Below are positions 1 to 9,079 of a stretch of DNA of 57,775 nucleotides, in pieces. Source of the stretch: an uncultured archaeon. GTDB taxonomy: Archaea > Asgardarchaeota > Thorarchaeia > Thorarchaeales > Thorarchaeaceae. The notes under the pieces are model-generated. The model was not told the DNA's origin. It was given only the letters and a program-made list of their open reading frames with translations, and made no database searches. Location of the stretch: assembly GCA_964558645.1 (NCBI GenBank), contig CAZLEV010000018.1, forward strand, positions 1 through 57,775, read 5' to 3'. Both the position numbers and the translations under genes were made by a program. The stretch's first letter is position 1. Every line of letters starts with the position of its first letter.

Positions 1-59
1 GGCGTTGTACAAGAAGAGTCTTAAACTGCTTTCCCAGAATTCGGCTCCAGGTAACTGCG

Positions 60-743
60 ATGTTGAAGGGTGCAGTCTTCGATCTTGATGGTACCATTAC
101 CGTTCTCGAACTTCCACTCGATGCAATGAGAGAAGATGCTAAGGCCTATTTCGTATCCCGGGGCCTGCCGCCAGGAATCTTAGAACCCGCGGACGGTATC
201 TCCAGTTCTACGCTGAAGGCTAAGAGATACTTCAGAGAACATGGAACATCTGAAGAGGAGTGGGGGGACATGATGCGTGAGCTTGATGACGTCCTGAACC
301 AACATGAGGGCAACGCTGCACGAGACGTTCGCGTTATCGAGGGCGCCTTTGATGCGGTCGAGAGGGTGAGATCGATGGGATTGAAGACCGCCATCCTGAC
401 AAACAATGGCCGCCATGCAGTTGATATTGTGTTAAAGAATATCCCACTCAATCACTACTTCGACGTGATTCAGACACGGAATGAGTCGCCCAATCCGAAG
501 CCATATCCGGATGGCATACTCCTGGTAGTTGAGAGGCTTGGACTTTCTATTGACGAGGCCATCTACATAGGAGATGCAAGGATAGATGGGGCGGCTGCAG
601 AAAAGGCTGGTGTTGAGTTCTGGGGTGTCACCACAGGAGAGACAGACGCAGACGAACTCTATGAAACTGGAGCCAGTCGAGTATTTCAATCGTTGAGTGA
701 CATTCCCGATGCAATTGAGGAGCGAAACCAAGCATACCACTGA
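60..743 (+). CDS. HAD-superfamily hydrolase (phosphoglycolate phosphatase-like, subfamily IA)
   Basis: Motif I FDLDGT, motif II LTNN, KPYPDGI, motif IV IGDARID. Confidence 0.9.
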   Translation: MLKGAVFDLDGTITVLELPLDAMREDAKAYFVSRGLPPGILEPADGISSSTLKAKRYFREHGTSEEEWGDMMRELDDVLNQHEGNAARDVRVIEGAFDAVERVRSMGLKTAILTNNGRHAVDIVLKNIPLNHYFDVIQTRNESPNPKPYPDGILLVVERLGLSIDEAIYIGDARIDGAAAEKAGVEFWGVTTGETDADELYETGASRVFQSLSDIPDAIEERNQAYH

Positions 744-950
744 TGGCCATTTGTTAAGATTTAATGCCCCTTAACTGTACATGTTTTAGTTATTGTCTGT
801 GTCATGTCCGATCTCCGACCGAATCGTGACATCTCATAGTTTAGATGCCATATTCTCAGTCAAATGGTCGTCTAGCGGCCACCTGTGAACAGGTTTCCTT
901 TAGGCCCTGATTGCAGTCTCTTATATACTCCAGATATATCCTATTCAAAT

Positions 951-1418
951 ATGTCAGGATTTACTCCGTCGTCTAGGACATACTTTGATAGCTTAGAGGA
1001 AAATGAAACAATGATGATTGATGAAGGCACGTACCTTGTGCTCAGATCTGCTGCGGGGGCCTTCATGTGTCGATCACCACCTCTTCCCAAGTACTGGAAT
1101 GGTATTGACAGGCCGCATGTTGCAGTTCTTGTCCCTTCAGATGATCACGTGTTTCGGGTCTATCTTTCTTCTCCCTCTTCCGATATCGGAGGCGATGGCG
1201 TCTTTCACGTCTTAGAGCTTGACGCGCTTCCGAACGAATCAATCATTGAGATTCGTCACGATGCTGTTGAGTATAGCTATTATAGGAAAGAGAACGAGGG
1301 AGCATGGACCAAAGTCGCTGAGGCACAGAACCCGTTTCTTGTTGAGGTCTTCTCCTACGGCCTCAGTCCGATTGTCATGAATATGTCTGAACAGTTCAGT
1401 TTCACCTATTCGGACTAG
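951..1418 (+). CDS. Hypothetical protein
   Basis: Open frame 885-1418. ATG at 951 follows an AT-rich TTATAT at ~921. No motif recognised. Confidence 0.55.
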   Translation: MSGFTPSSRTYFDSLEENETMMIDEGTYLVLRSAAGAFMCRSPPLPKYWNGIDRPHVAVLVPSDDHVFRVYLSSPSSDIGGDGVFHVLELDALPNESIIEIRHDAVEYSYYRKENEGAWTKVAEAQNPFLVEVFSYGLSPIVMNMSEQFSFTYSD

Positions 1419-1756
1419 AAGTTCCTGACTGGCATGTAACTCGCAGTGGTAAGGAGGGACCTCCAATCGTCGGTTCGATGACCAAGCTGAGATGGAATTG
1501 AAGGTGCGAGGGGCCCCAGAAAAACAATGGTTCGCTCGTGGTTCTTAGAGGAGGAGGGGAAAGGAAATCTGCACCTAGGGCGCAATCGGATTTGGGAGCG
1601 GTCACCAGTCATTTTCATGAGTGGCGCTGGGACCTCCTCAGCACGCTTTCAACCAACTAGACATCCTCACAAGATAAAACGATTCCGATACTCTCACCAT
1701 TGTATCACCAAGTTCGTGACGACTCCATGGCCAAGTCAAGAGAGTCTGTCCGAGCT

Positions 1757-1981
1757 TTAGTTAAAAGAAAAGAATCCCATATATCTTTGAAGTGTTCGGG
1801 GGTTCACATCTCGTAGCAATCTTCTCTCCTCCTCCTTCCAGCGTTCTTCGAAGCCCCCGGCCACTCCTCTTTCTCCCTTCGCTTTCGATGCCGAGGCCGC
1901 TGTTTCAGTGTCATGTCTCCATCTGTGGATTGTTGAGATGAACGACTCTTGGCTTCTGATCCTGATTGGTAGAGCGGGCAT
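1757..1981 (-). CDS. Small hypothetical protein (74 aa)
   Basis: ATG start downstream of an AT-rich TATA-like tract (~2005-2030), with protein-like composition. Confidence 0.5.
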   Translation of the reverse strand: MPALPIRIRSQESFISTIHRWRHDTETAASASKAKGERGVAGGFEERWKEEERRLLRDVNPRTLQRYMGFFSFN

Positions 1982-2185
1982 ACAGAGGAGAATAGGTTAG
2001 ATACACTTATATGATATCATATACTATTATATTGTGTTGGGGACCGTTCCGCAAACAACCGCTACAACTCTCTCTCATCTGGCGTTTGCACCCTCCCGGC
2101 GACTCATTATCGGTCCCCACTCCTCTTTTCTTGCCGACAAGGTTTATAGGAGTATGATTGCCGCATTGGGTCGGAGACTGAAGAA

Positions 2186-2488
2186 ATGTCGTCGGCGAAG
2201 AAGGCTATCGATAGCACTGTCAAGAGGATTCTCGTCTACACCGCGGAGATAATAATGTCCGTTATTCTCCTGGTGATTATGTGTCTGCCACTTGCCTTTG
2301 TGGTACCGATGTGGATTCAGCAGATAGCACTGGGAGTTCCAGCCTCAAACATTGCATTGAATCCTGTGTCATGGTTCGGAATCACCGGAGCCGTTGTCAT
2401 CACCTGCTTACTGGCGATTGTGGGGGCCTTGCTTGCAGTCCTGTACACACAGCGTGTCCTTGTGTCTGGTGCATCTAAGGAGATCTAG
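2186..2488 (+). CDS. Small membrane protein (2 TM helices)
   Basis: Two long hydrophobic stretches. TTTATA at ~2143 and GGAG upstream of the start. Confidence 0.75.
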   Translation: MSSAKKAIDSTVKRILVYTAEIIMSVILLVIMCLPLAFVVPMWIQQIALGVPASNIALNPVSWFGITGAVVITCLLAIVGALLAVLYTQRVLVSGASKEI

Positions 2489-2532
2489 TGGATCCGCCTT
2501 CACCAGTGGCTAGCCAGTTAAGATGACCTTAT

Positions 2533-3444
2533 ATGGTTTCAGCACGAAATCTTAAAGCCTCCCCATCCCTTGATTTGACGGAGCCGAAGTTGTTGGATAT
2601 ACCACAGAAAACGCGCTACTGGCAGATTGGGAATCTACTGTCACCGCTGTTTCTCGGTGTTATTGGTACACTGTTGAGTATTCCCGCCGGTGACGTCGGG
2701 GATGTGTTTTCTACATCGGATTATCCCAAGTTACTATCTCCTGCGCCACTAACTTTTGCCATTTGGGGTCCGATCTTCATCTTCTTGGCCCTGTTCTACT
2801 TCTATCAGGCCAAGGGAGTTGTATCAGGCGAAACACCCGAGGAGGTGGTTAAGGTTGTTCAGAACGTGGGGCCTTTCTTCATTCTCTCATCTGCGGCGAC
2901 CACGGCATGGTATGTGCTCTGGCTGTATCGAATCATCTGGGCATCAGTGGTTTCCATGTTCCTCTACTTGGCCTTCATTCTCGGGGCATACCTCTCTCTG
3001 GATATCAACAGAAGAGATAGGCCGTTTCGAGAGCACATCTTCGTCACAGTTGGATGGAGCATGTATGCAGGATGGGTTACAGTCGCGGCAATCGTGAATG
3101 CAACCACTGGGCTTGTGGCTGCCGGTTTCACAGGGCCAGTGATCGGAGAGGTCGGTTGGACCATCTTGGTTCTCCTGATGGCCCTTGGAATCTATCTGGT
3201 GGTTCTGTTCACGCGGAATGATTTTGTCTATGCAGGAGTCGGAATCTGGGCGCTTGTCGGTTCTCTGATCACTTGGACAACACCAAGCGCTACTCCAAAT
3301 ATGACGCTTGCATCAATCGCCCTTGTAGGAATCGTGGCATTGGTAGTAGCAATGGCGTATCGTTTCCACTCCATGTCAAGGAGCGGCCAGCTGAAGATCC
3401 TCCAGAAGGTCGATCTTCTCAGCTCAGAAGAACCCAGAGTGTAA
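2533..3444 (+). CDS. TspO/MBR-related (tryptophan-rich sensory) multi-pass membrane protein; true start may be slightly downstream
   Basis: SPAPLTFAIWGPIF and SMYAGWVTVA motifs, with about 8 hydrophobic segments. Confidence 0.7.
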   Translation: MVSARNLKASPSLDLTEPKLLDIPQKTRYWQIGNLLSPLFLGVIGTLLSIPAGDVGDVFSTSDYPKLLSPAPLTFAIWGPIFIFLALFYFYQAKGVVSGETPEEVVKVVQNVGPFFILSSAATTAWYVLWLYRIIWASVVSMFLYLAFILGAYLSLDINRRDRPFREHIFVTVGWSMYAGWVTVAAIVNATTGLVAAGFTGPVIGEVGWTILVLLMALGIYLVVLFTRNDFVYAGVGIWALVGSLITWTTPSATPNMTLASIALVGIVALVVAMAYRFHSMSRSGQLKILQKVDLLSSEEPRV

Positions 3445-3452
3445 GTGTTGAA

Positions 3453-4262
3453 TCACTTGATGCCAGTCTTCTTGGCTATATTATCGACCAGCTTCTCGAA
3501 CTCTTTGGCTGCCTTTGAGTCAGAATCGCTTATGACAAAGGGCGTCCCTTCATCGCTAAGCTTGACGATTCGTGGGTCTAGCGGTAGGGTGCCAAGTACG
3601 TCTACTCCGTACTCTTCAGAGGCCTTCTTTGGACCGCCGCTTCCGAAGATATTGTACGACTCACCACAGTTCGGGCATATGAATTCAGACATATTCTCGA
3701 CAATTCCGAGTACCGGCACTTCCATCTTGTTCACGAGTCGAATTGCTCGTCGCGCATCGAGAATCGCAACATCTTGGGGCGTACTCACAATGATGACGCC
3801 ATCGATGTCGGGAATAGTCTGCAGAATACTGAGTATTTCATCCCCCGTTCCCGGAGGCAGGTCTACCACAAGAACATCAAGCTTGCCCCACCTGACGTTT
3901 CCTAGGAATTGACTTATGGCTTTCGCGACCAAAGGGCCTCTCCAAGCAACAGCATCGTCCGTATTGCGGAGTAGGAACGCCATACTCATGACCTTTGTTC
4001 CTAGAGGACCAATGACAGGATTGATCATCTCTCCCTCTGCAGTCGGATGTTGTCCTTCCAAGCCCAGTAGTTTCGGCACATTTGGACCGTAGATGTCTAC
4101 ATCCAAGACACCTGCTTTGAGGTCTTGATTGGCGAAGGATATGGCGAGGTTTGTAGCTACCGTTGTCTTACCCACCCCACCTTTTCCTGAGAGTACGACA
4201 ATCTTATGCTTGATATCTTTCATTGCCTCGATGACTTCTGGGGGAATCATTGGCTTGGACAT
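3453..4262 (-). CDS. mrp: Mrp/NBP35/ApbC Fe-S cluster carrier ATPase
   Basis: SGKGGVGKTT, DVDIYGPNVP, WRGP, DLPPGTGD, ENMS..CPNC. Confidence 0.95.
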   Translation of the reverse strand: MSKPMIPPEVIEAMKDIKHKIVVLSGKGGVGKTTVATNLAISFANQDLKAGVLDVDIYGPNVPKLLGLEGQHPTAEGEMINPVIGPLGTKVMSMAFLLRNTDDAVAWRGPLVAKAISQFLGNVRWGKLDVLVVDLPPGTGDEILSILQTIPDIDGVIIVSTPQDVAILDARRAIRLVNKMEVPVLGIVENMSEFICPNCGESYNIFGSGGPKKASEEYGVDVLGTLPLDPRIVKLSDEGTPFVISDSDSKAAKEFEKLVDNIAKKTGIK

Positions 4263-4297
4263 TGATTATTCCTCGAAGTGAATCGAGTGGATTCAGG

Positions 4298-5128
4298 TTA
4301 TAAATCGTTAGATGTAGCTAAGTTATGAAACCGCGACAGGATGTCTTCTGCCAGTTTTGCATTGGATGCAGCAACAAAGCTCATTGTTTCTGACATATCA
4401 ATTGGGAGGACAAGTCTCTGGCCATTGACTCCCATGACATATCCTCCTGCTTCTTCCACCATATGCGTTCCCGAAACGTGGACAATAGGCAGGATGCCTC
4501 GAAGATCTATCATCGCGTCAAGACCCCCGCTTGCCACCCAACACAGATCCAATAGATTGCTGGCCGTCCGGCGAATATCACGAACAGCGTGTATCGTTCT
4601 CATGGATTTCTGAAGAAACTCTTGATTCTGCGAATCATTGGTATCATAAGAGATGATTGTTTCTCTCATTGGAGCAGGCGGCCTGACTGATACAGAGTTT
4701 CCGTTGCGCTTCACCCCCCTAATCTTACTGGCCGTGAATGTTTCGTCCGTGAAGAACGAGATGATAATACTGTGTTCGACATCTTTGGCCGATGGGTTTT
4801 CACTATAGGGCAGAGTTGCTATGCCCACACAGCAAAGGGGGATACCCCGTTCAAGGTTCGCTGACCCATCGATTGGGTCGACTACCGCAATGTAGTCCGG
4901 ATTCTCCGCAAGGAAGATCTCTCCTTGCTCCTCTGTTAGGACCAAGAACGACTCACCGGATTCAGCAAGTGTTTCAATGATTATTTCCTCGCACATTTTG
5001 TCAAGCACCAAGGTCTCATCACCGAAGGGATTCGTTGTTCCTGTCAGTTGGTCTGCTTGTGTGAGATTGCTGAGAACGAGCTCCTTGGCGCTTTCAGCAG
5101 CTTCCTTCAATATCTTCTCCATGTTCAT
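4298..5128 (-). CDS. Inositol monophosphatase / archaeal FBPase-IMPase family
   Basis: TEE, VDPIDGSAN, LDLCWVASGGLD, VEEAGG. Confidence 0.85.
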   Translation of the reverse strand: MNMEKILKEAAESAKELVLSNLTQADQLTGTTNPFGDETLVLDKMCEEIIIETLAESGESFLVLTEEQGEIFLAENPDYIAVVDPIDGSANLERGIPLCCVGIATLPYSENPSAKDVEHSIIISFFTDETFTASKIRGVKRNGNSVSVRPPAPMRETIISYDTNDSQNQEFLQKSMRTIHAVRDIRRTASNLLDLCWVASGGLDAMIDLRGILPIVHVSGTHMVEEAGGYVMGVNGQRLVLPIDMSETMSFVAASNAKLAEDILSRFHNLATSNDL

Positions 5129-5244
5129 CTCGTGGTCTCCTTGTTTGTCAAGAGTATTGCTGCATCCAGTCTTGCAACATCTTGCAATTGTTTAAATGCT
5201 TCAGATACCGACATCTCCTTGTAAGGGCTAACCCGGTGGATGAA

Positions 5245-5907
5245 ATGGGCTTTCTGAGCGGCAAGAAAAAGGTTGACACTGAACGTGGGATGCTAGAGAT
5301 CAAGGGCACTATGAATGCCATGACTCTCAGAATCAGGCGCCTTGAAACAAGAATGGCTGAGGAACAGAAGGCTGCCAAAGAGGCTATGGCACGCGGAGAG
5401 AGAACTATCGCTCGCTCTCATCTCAGCATAGTGGTCGACTTGGAAAACAGGAAGTCGAGATATCAACAGCAGTATCTTACTCTTGAAACGGCTCTGCTTA
5501 ACATTGAGGAGGCAAAAGATCAGGCTGAGGTTCTCAAGGCATTTAGCATCGCCAATGAGGCACTAGCTGATGCACGGAAGCTATTGAGTCCCACAGAAAT
5601 CCAGATGCAGCTTGACAAATTATCAGAGTCCTTTGAACACATCTCCGTCGCCGGTGATCTTCTCTCAGAAGACCTCAGTTCAACTGGCTCTACTATCGAG
5701 GATGATGAGCGGATTGATCGCCAGCTTGATGCTATGGAAGCAGAGATCCTGTTGGAGAAAGAGGGTGTCCTGCCGCCTCTTGAAATCAAAGAAGGCAAGG
5801 TAGAAACTGCTGTTGAGGGAGATCGTGAAGAGAAACGTATCGACGAGCTTCTTGCCGACCTAGAGCGAGAAGCCAAGGAAGAACGAGAGAGAGAGGCGCA
5901 GAGCTGA
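5245..5907 (+). CDS. Snf7-domain ESCRT-III protein (Vps20/32/60-like)
   Basis: Basic N-terminus MGFLSGKKK, then a helical hairpin (KAAKEAMARGERTIARSHL ... LTLETALLNIEEAKDQAEVLKAFSIANEAL), an acidic C-terminal half and a terminal amphipathic helix IDELLADLERE. ATG 5245 preferred over the track's start at 5182. Confidence 0.85.
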   Translation: MGFLSGKKKVDTERGMLEIKGTMNAMTLRIRRLETRMAEEQKAAKEAMARGERTIARSHLSIVVDLENRKSRYQQQYLTLETALLNIEEAKDQAEVLKAFSIANEALADARKLLSPTEIQMQLDKLSESFEHISVAGDLLSEDLSSTGSTIEDDERIDRQLDAMEAEILLEKEGVLPPLEIKEGKVETAVEGDREEKRIDELLADLEREAKEEREREAQS

Positions 5908-5942
5908 TTTCGGTCTGACAGAACTCCCCGAATGTGATATCT

Positions 5943-6587
5943 ATGGTTTTCGATTTGGTAGTCTTTGATGTAGACGGAACACTAACAAAGCACAATAGCA
6001 TCTGGTGGCGGCTCCATGAGGTCTTCGATACCACCGCAGAGGGAACGAGATTCTATGATCAGTTCTTTGCAGGTGAAATAAGCTATCAAGAATGGGCAGA
6101 TCGAGATGCGGGTCTATGGGCTGGGAGAAGTGTGAAGGAGATTGGGGCAGTAGTACGCTCCACTGAACTCGTACCAGGGGCCGCAGAGACTATCTCGGAA
6201 CTCAAGGATCGAGGTATGGAGGTTGCCATTCTGTCCGGTGGAATAGACCTTCTTGCAGCCGATATCGCAGAGCGTGTCAATATTGATTATGTGCTGACGA
6301 ATGAGCTTGAGGTCGAGAATGGACTACTCACAGGACGGGTTCGGGTAAGAGTCGGTTGGGGTGAGAAGGTGGAAGAAATCAAAGAGATTCTCAGGCACTT
6401 CGGGACTAGCTTCGAGCGGACTGTATTTGTTGGTGACGGTCGGAACGATGTCAGCGTTTTCAAGAAGGTGGGCCTAGCCATTGCCTTCAGACCTGAGAGT
6501 GCTGAAGTCGAACGTTCTGCTCATGTTGTGGTCAACGAAGAAGATCTCAGAGCCATATTGCCCCACATCCCTCTCCGACAGGCTTGA
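5943..6587 (+). CDS. Phosphoserine phosphatase-like HAD hydrolase (subfamily IB)
   Basis: FDVDGTL, ILSGG, K, VGDGRND; SerB-like architecture. Confidence 0.8.
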   Translation: MVFDLVVFDVDGTLTKHNSIWWRLHEVFDTTAEGTRFYDQFFAGEISYQEWADRDAGLWAGRSVKEIGAVVRSTELVPGAAETISELKDRGMEVAILSGGIDLLAADIAERVNIDYVLTNELEVENGLLTGRVRVRVGWGEKVEEIKEILRHFGTSFERTVFVGDGRNDVSVFKKVGLAIAFRPESAEVERSAHVVVNEEDLRAILPHIPLRQA

Positions 6588-6616
6588 AGCAGCAGTTCAT
6601 GTTCTCCTCTTTGACG

Positions 6617-7774
6617 TTACACATACCGCAAATTAGTGCCTGTATTCAATACAACTACTTCTTCATCGAAATCTATACTTCCCGCTTCGATAAGATTGCG
6701 AACCCCCGCAAGACCGACGGCCGCCTCAGGACCCATCATAATACCCTCCATTCTCGCGACCATTACCTGAGTCGGTCTGATCTCATTCTCGGCGACGGCG
6801 ACAGCTGATCCACCGGATCGCCTAATCGCACTCAGTATCAGCCTGCCGGCAAATGGGCTCGGGACACGAAGCCCCAGAGCTTCTGTACGTGGGTTCTTCC
6901 AAGGCTCCAGTGTGTCTAATCCCTTCTCGATAGCACTCACTATGGGAGCACAGTTCTCGGTCTGCGCTGCATACAACTTGGGCCGCGCACTTCCGATAGC
7001 TCCTATACCCTCAAGCTCGTCTAGTGCCTTCCATATTCCTATCAAGGCGGTACCCCCACCAGTTGGGCAGATTATGGCATCTGGAACTTCCCAGTTCAAT
7101 TGCTCAACTATCTCAAAACCCATCGTCTTCTTTCCTTCGACTCGATAGGGCTCCTTTGTTGTGGATAGGTCCACCCAATCGCCGTTCGTCGCTGTCATAC
7201 TCTTGGCAGCGTCTGAGATTGTACCTTCAACGCGATGAGTCAAAGCTCCATACATCTCGCAATCTCTGAAGAAGGGCTCTGGCGTGTCAACTGGCATGAA
7301 TATGGACGCCTTTGCTCCTGCTGCAGCACAGTAGGCCGATGCTGAAATGGCCGCATTCCCTGCTGACGGAAGAGCGAAGCTCCTTACACCGAGTTCGAGA
7401 TGTTTTGATATCGCGCTACAAAGGCCACGGTCTTTGAAGGATCCCGTCGGGTTTAAGGTTTCATTCTTGATACGAAGTAATCGAAGTCCAACTTGCTGCC
7501 CAAGCCTTCGAGCGGTCACCATCGGTGTCCAGCCCTCGCCCAGACTGACCACGAATGAGGATGACTTTACCGGGAGTAATTGCGAGTACCTCCACATGCT
7601 ATTGATCTCTGTCGGGAATTCACCACAGCTTAAGGTATCACGGACTCCGCCAAGATTATAGATTGCCATTAGAGGCGAACCACAAATGCAGTGACCCGCC
7701 AGCCTGTCAGCTGAGTACTTCCTTGCGCATTCGGGACATTCGAGATGAGTTATGTTTGACATCAACGATGGCAC
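6617..7774 (-). CDS. thrC: Threonine synthase (PLP, fold type II)
   Basis: N-terminal CxxC..CxCG, SLGEGWTP, NPTGSFKDRG (PLP lysine), SAGNA, EGKKT, PTGGG. Confidence 0.9.
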   Translation of the reverse strand: MPSLMSNITHLECPECARKYSADRLAGHCICGSPLMAIYNLGGVRDTLSCGEFPTEINSMWRYSQLLPVKSSSFVVSLGEGWTPMVTARRLGQQVGLRLLRIKNETLNPTGSFKDRGLCSAISKHLELGVRSFALPSAGNAAISASAYCAAAGAKASIFMPVDTPEPFFRDCEMYGALTHRVEGTISDAAKSMTATNGDWVDLSTTKEPYRVEGKKTMGFEIVEQLNWEVPDAIICPTGGGTALIGIWKALDELEGIGAIGSARPKLYAAQTENCAPIVSAIEKGLDTLEPWKNPRTEALGLRVPSPFAGRLILSAIRRSGGSAVAVAENEIRPTQVMVARMEGIMMGPEAAVGLAGVRNLIEAGSIDFDEEVVVLNTGTNLRYV

Positions 7775-7844
7775 TCACATTCTTACATTCAAGCACAGAC
7801 TTATTTGTCTATACGATTTCATCTTAAAGATGGAGGTCTTTTCC

Positions 7845-9035
7845 TTGAGCGGTCTCGAACAACGCGTGATGCCTTTCACAGCATTTCTTGGTCTCGAGCA
7901 GCTCAAGCTTGCACTGATTCTCAATGGTGTCAATCCTCGTATAGGCGGTGTGCTGGTTTCTGGATCTAAAGGGACCGGCAAGACCACTATCGTCAGGGCT
8001 TTCGCATCACTTCTGCCCAAGGTTGAGGTTGTAAAGGGATGTCGATTTGGGTGCAATCCGCATCGTGATGTTATGCTCTGTGCTGAGTGTGCGGCGCGCC
8101 TTGAACGAGGCGAAGATCTTGCTATCGTCGAGCGAAAAATGCGGGTTGTCAACCTACCTTTATCCACAACTGAGGACCGTCTGATAGGAGCTCTTGATAT
8201 CGAGCAGGTCTTGCAGGAAGGTATTCAGGCACTTAAGCCCGGGATTCTCGCAGAGGCCAATCAGAATGTCCTGTACGTAGATGAAGTCAATCTTCTTCCT
8301 GACCATCTTGTTGATGACCTACTGGATGCGGCAGCCACCAAGGTGAATGTCATAGAGCGAGAAGGTATCTCTGTCCGTCATGCCTCAGATTTCATTCTTA
8401 TCGGAACAATGAATCCTGAAGAGGGTGAGCTAAGACCGCAGCTCCTCGATCGCTTTCCCTTGCATGTGTCAGTTGGAAGCTCGCATACGATTGAAGGCAG
8501 GATGACTCTTGTCAGAAGGAATCTGGAATTCGAACGAGATCCAGATGCATTTGCCAAACAATGGCTGGAGGAACAGGAATCCCTACGAGAGAGTATAATG
8601 ACTGCAAGACGGATTCTCTCAGATGTTCAGCTCCCCGAGAGCAATCTAAGAGCAATCGCAATGGCCTGTGACGCATTGGAGGTTGATGGTGTTCGTCCAG
8701 ATATCATCATCAGCAAAGCCGCCATTACCAATGCGGCCTTTGAGGGCCGTATAGAAGTCAGTATACACGACATGCAGCTTGCTGCACAGCTAGCACTGAG
8801 TCATAGAACTCGGCGTGGAGGTCTTCTAGAGCCTCCTTCACCTGAGGATATCGATCTTGCCATAACAAAGGCTGCCAAAGTGGCAGAAGCTAGTGATAAC
8901 CGAAAGTCACCTACGGAGGTTCCGGCGTCGGAGGAAGGGGCAGGACGTAGAATGAGTGGCGGCAAGTTTGGACGGGGTTCGAGGTATGCCGAGAGCGGAG
9001 TATCAGATGGCAAAAAAAAACTCCGAAGAAAGTAA
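7845..9035 (+). CDS. ChlI/BchI-like chelatase-family AAA+ ATPase (5' part of a probable frameshifted chlD-like gene)
   Basis: PFTAFLG..LKLAL, Walker A GSKGTGKT, TEDRLIGALD, Walker B LYVDEVNLL, GTMNPEEGELRPQLLDRF. TTG 7845 follows GGAGGT. The gene ends just after an A9 run (9012-9020). Confidence 0.9.
   Translation: MSGLEQRVMPFTAFLGLEQLKLALILNGVNPRIGGVLVSGSKGTGKTTIVRAFASLLPKVEVVKGCRFGCNPHRDVMLCAECAARLERGEDLAIVERKMRVVNLPLSTTEDRLIGALDIEQVLQEGIQALKPGILAEANQNVLYVDEVNLLPDHLVDDLLDAAATKVNVIEREGISVRHASDFILIGTMNPEEGELRPQLLDRFPLHVSVGSSHTIEGRMTLVRRNLEFERDPDAFAKQWLEEQESLRESIMTARRILSDVQLPESNLRAIAMACDALEVDGVRPDIIISKAAITNAAFEGRIEVSIHDMQLAAQLALSHRTRRGGLLEPPSPEDIDLAITKAAKVAEASDNRKSPTEVPASEEGAGRRMSGGKFGRGSRYAESGVSDGKKKLRRK
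9012..9020 (+). other. A9 slippery site (candidate -1 ribosomal frameshift or transcriptional slippage site)
   Basis: GGC AAA AAA AAA CTC in frame 0. A -1 shift gives ...GKKK-TPKKVRNPRGDPIKGTICAIMGF..., which joins the AAA+ ORF to the vWA ORF. Confidence 0.7.
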
Positions 9036-9079
9036 GAAACCCGCGCGGTGATCCAATCAAAGGAACAATCTGCGCCATT

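Noticed and set aside
1419-1756. tRNA-like fragments (GGTTCGA) or ORF 1527-1760 in the intergenic gap
   Set aside because: No cloverleaf or acceptor stem could be built, and the ORF has no coding-like features.
9007-9051. ATG at 9007 as the start of the vWA gene
   Set aside because: It is in a third frame and hits TGA after 14 codons.
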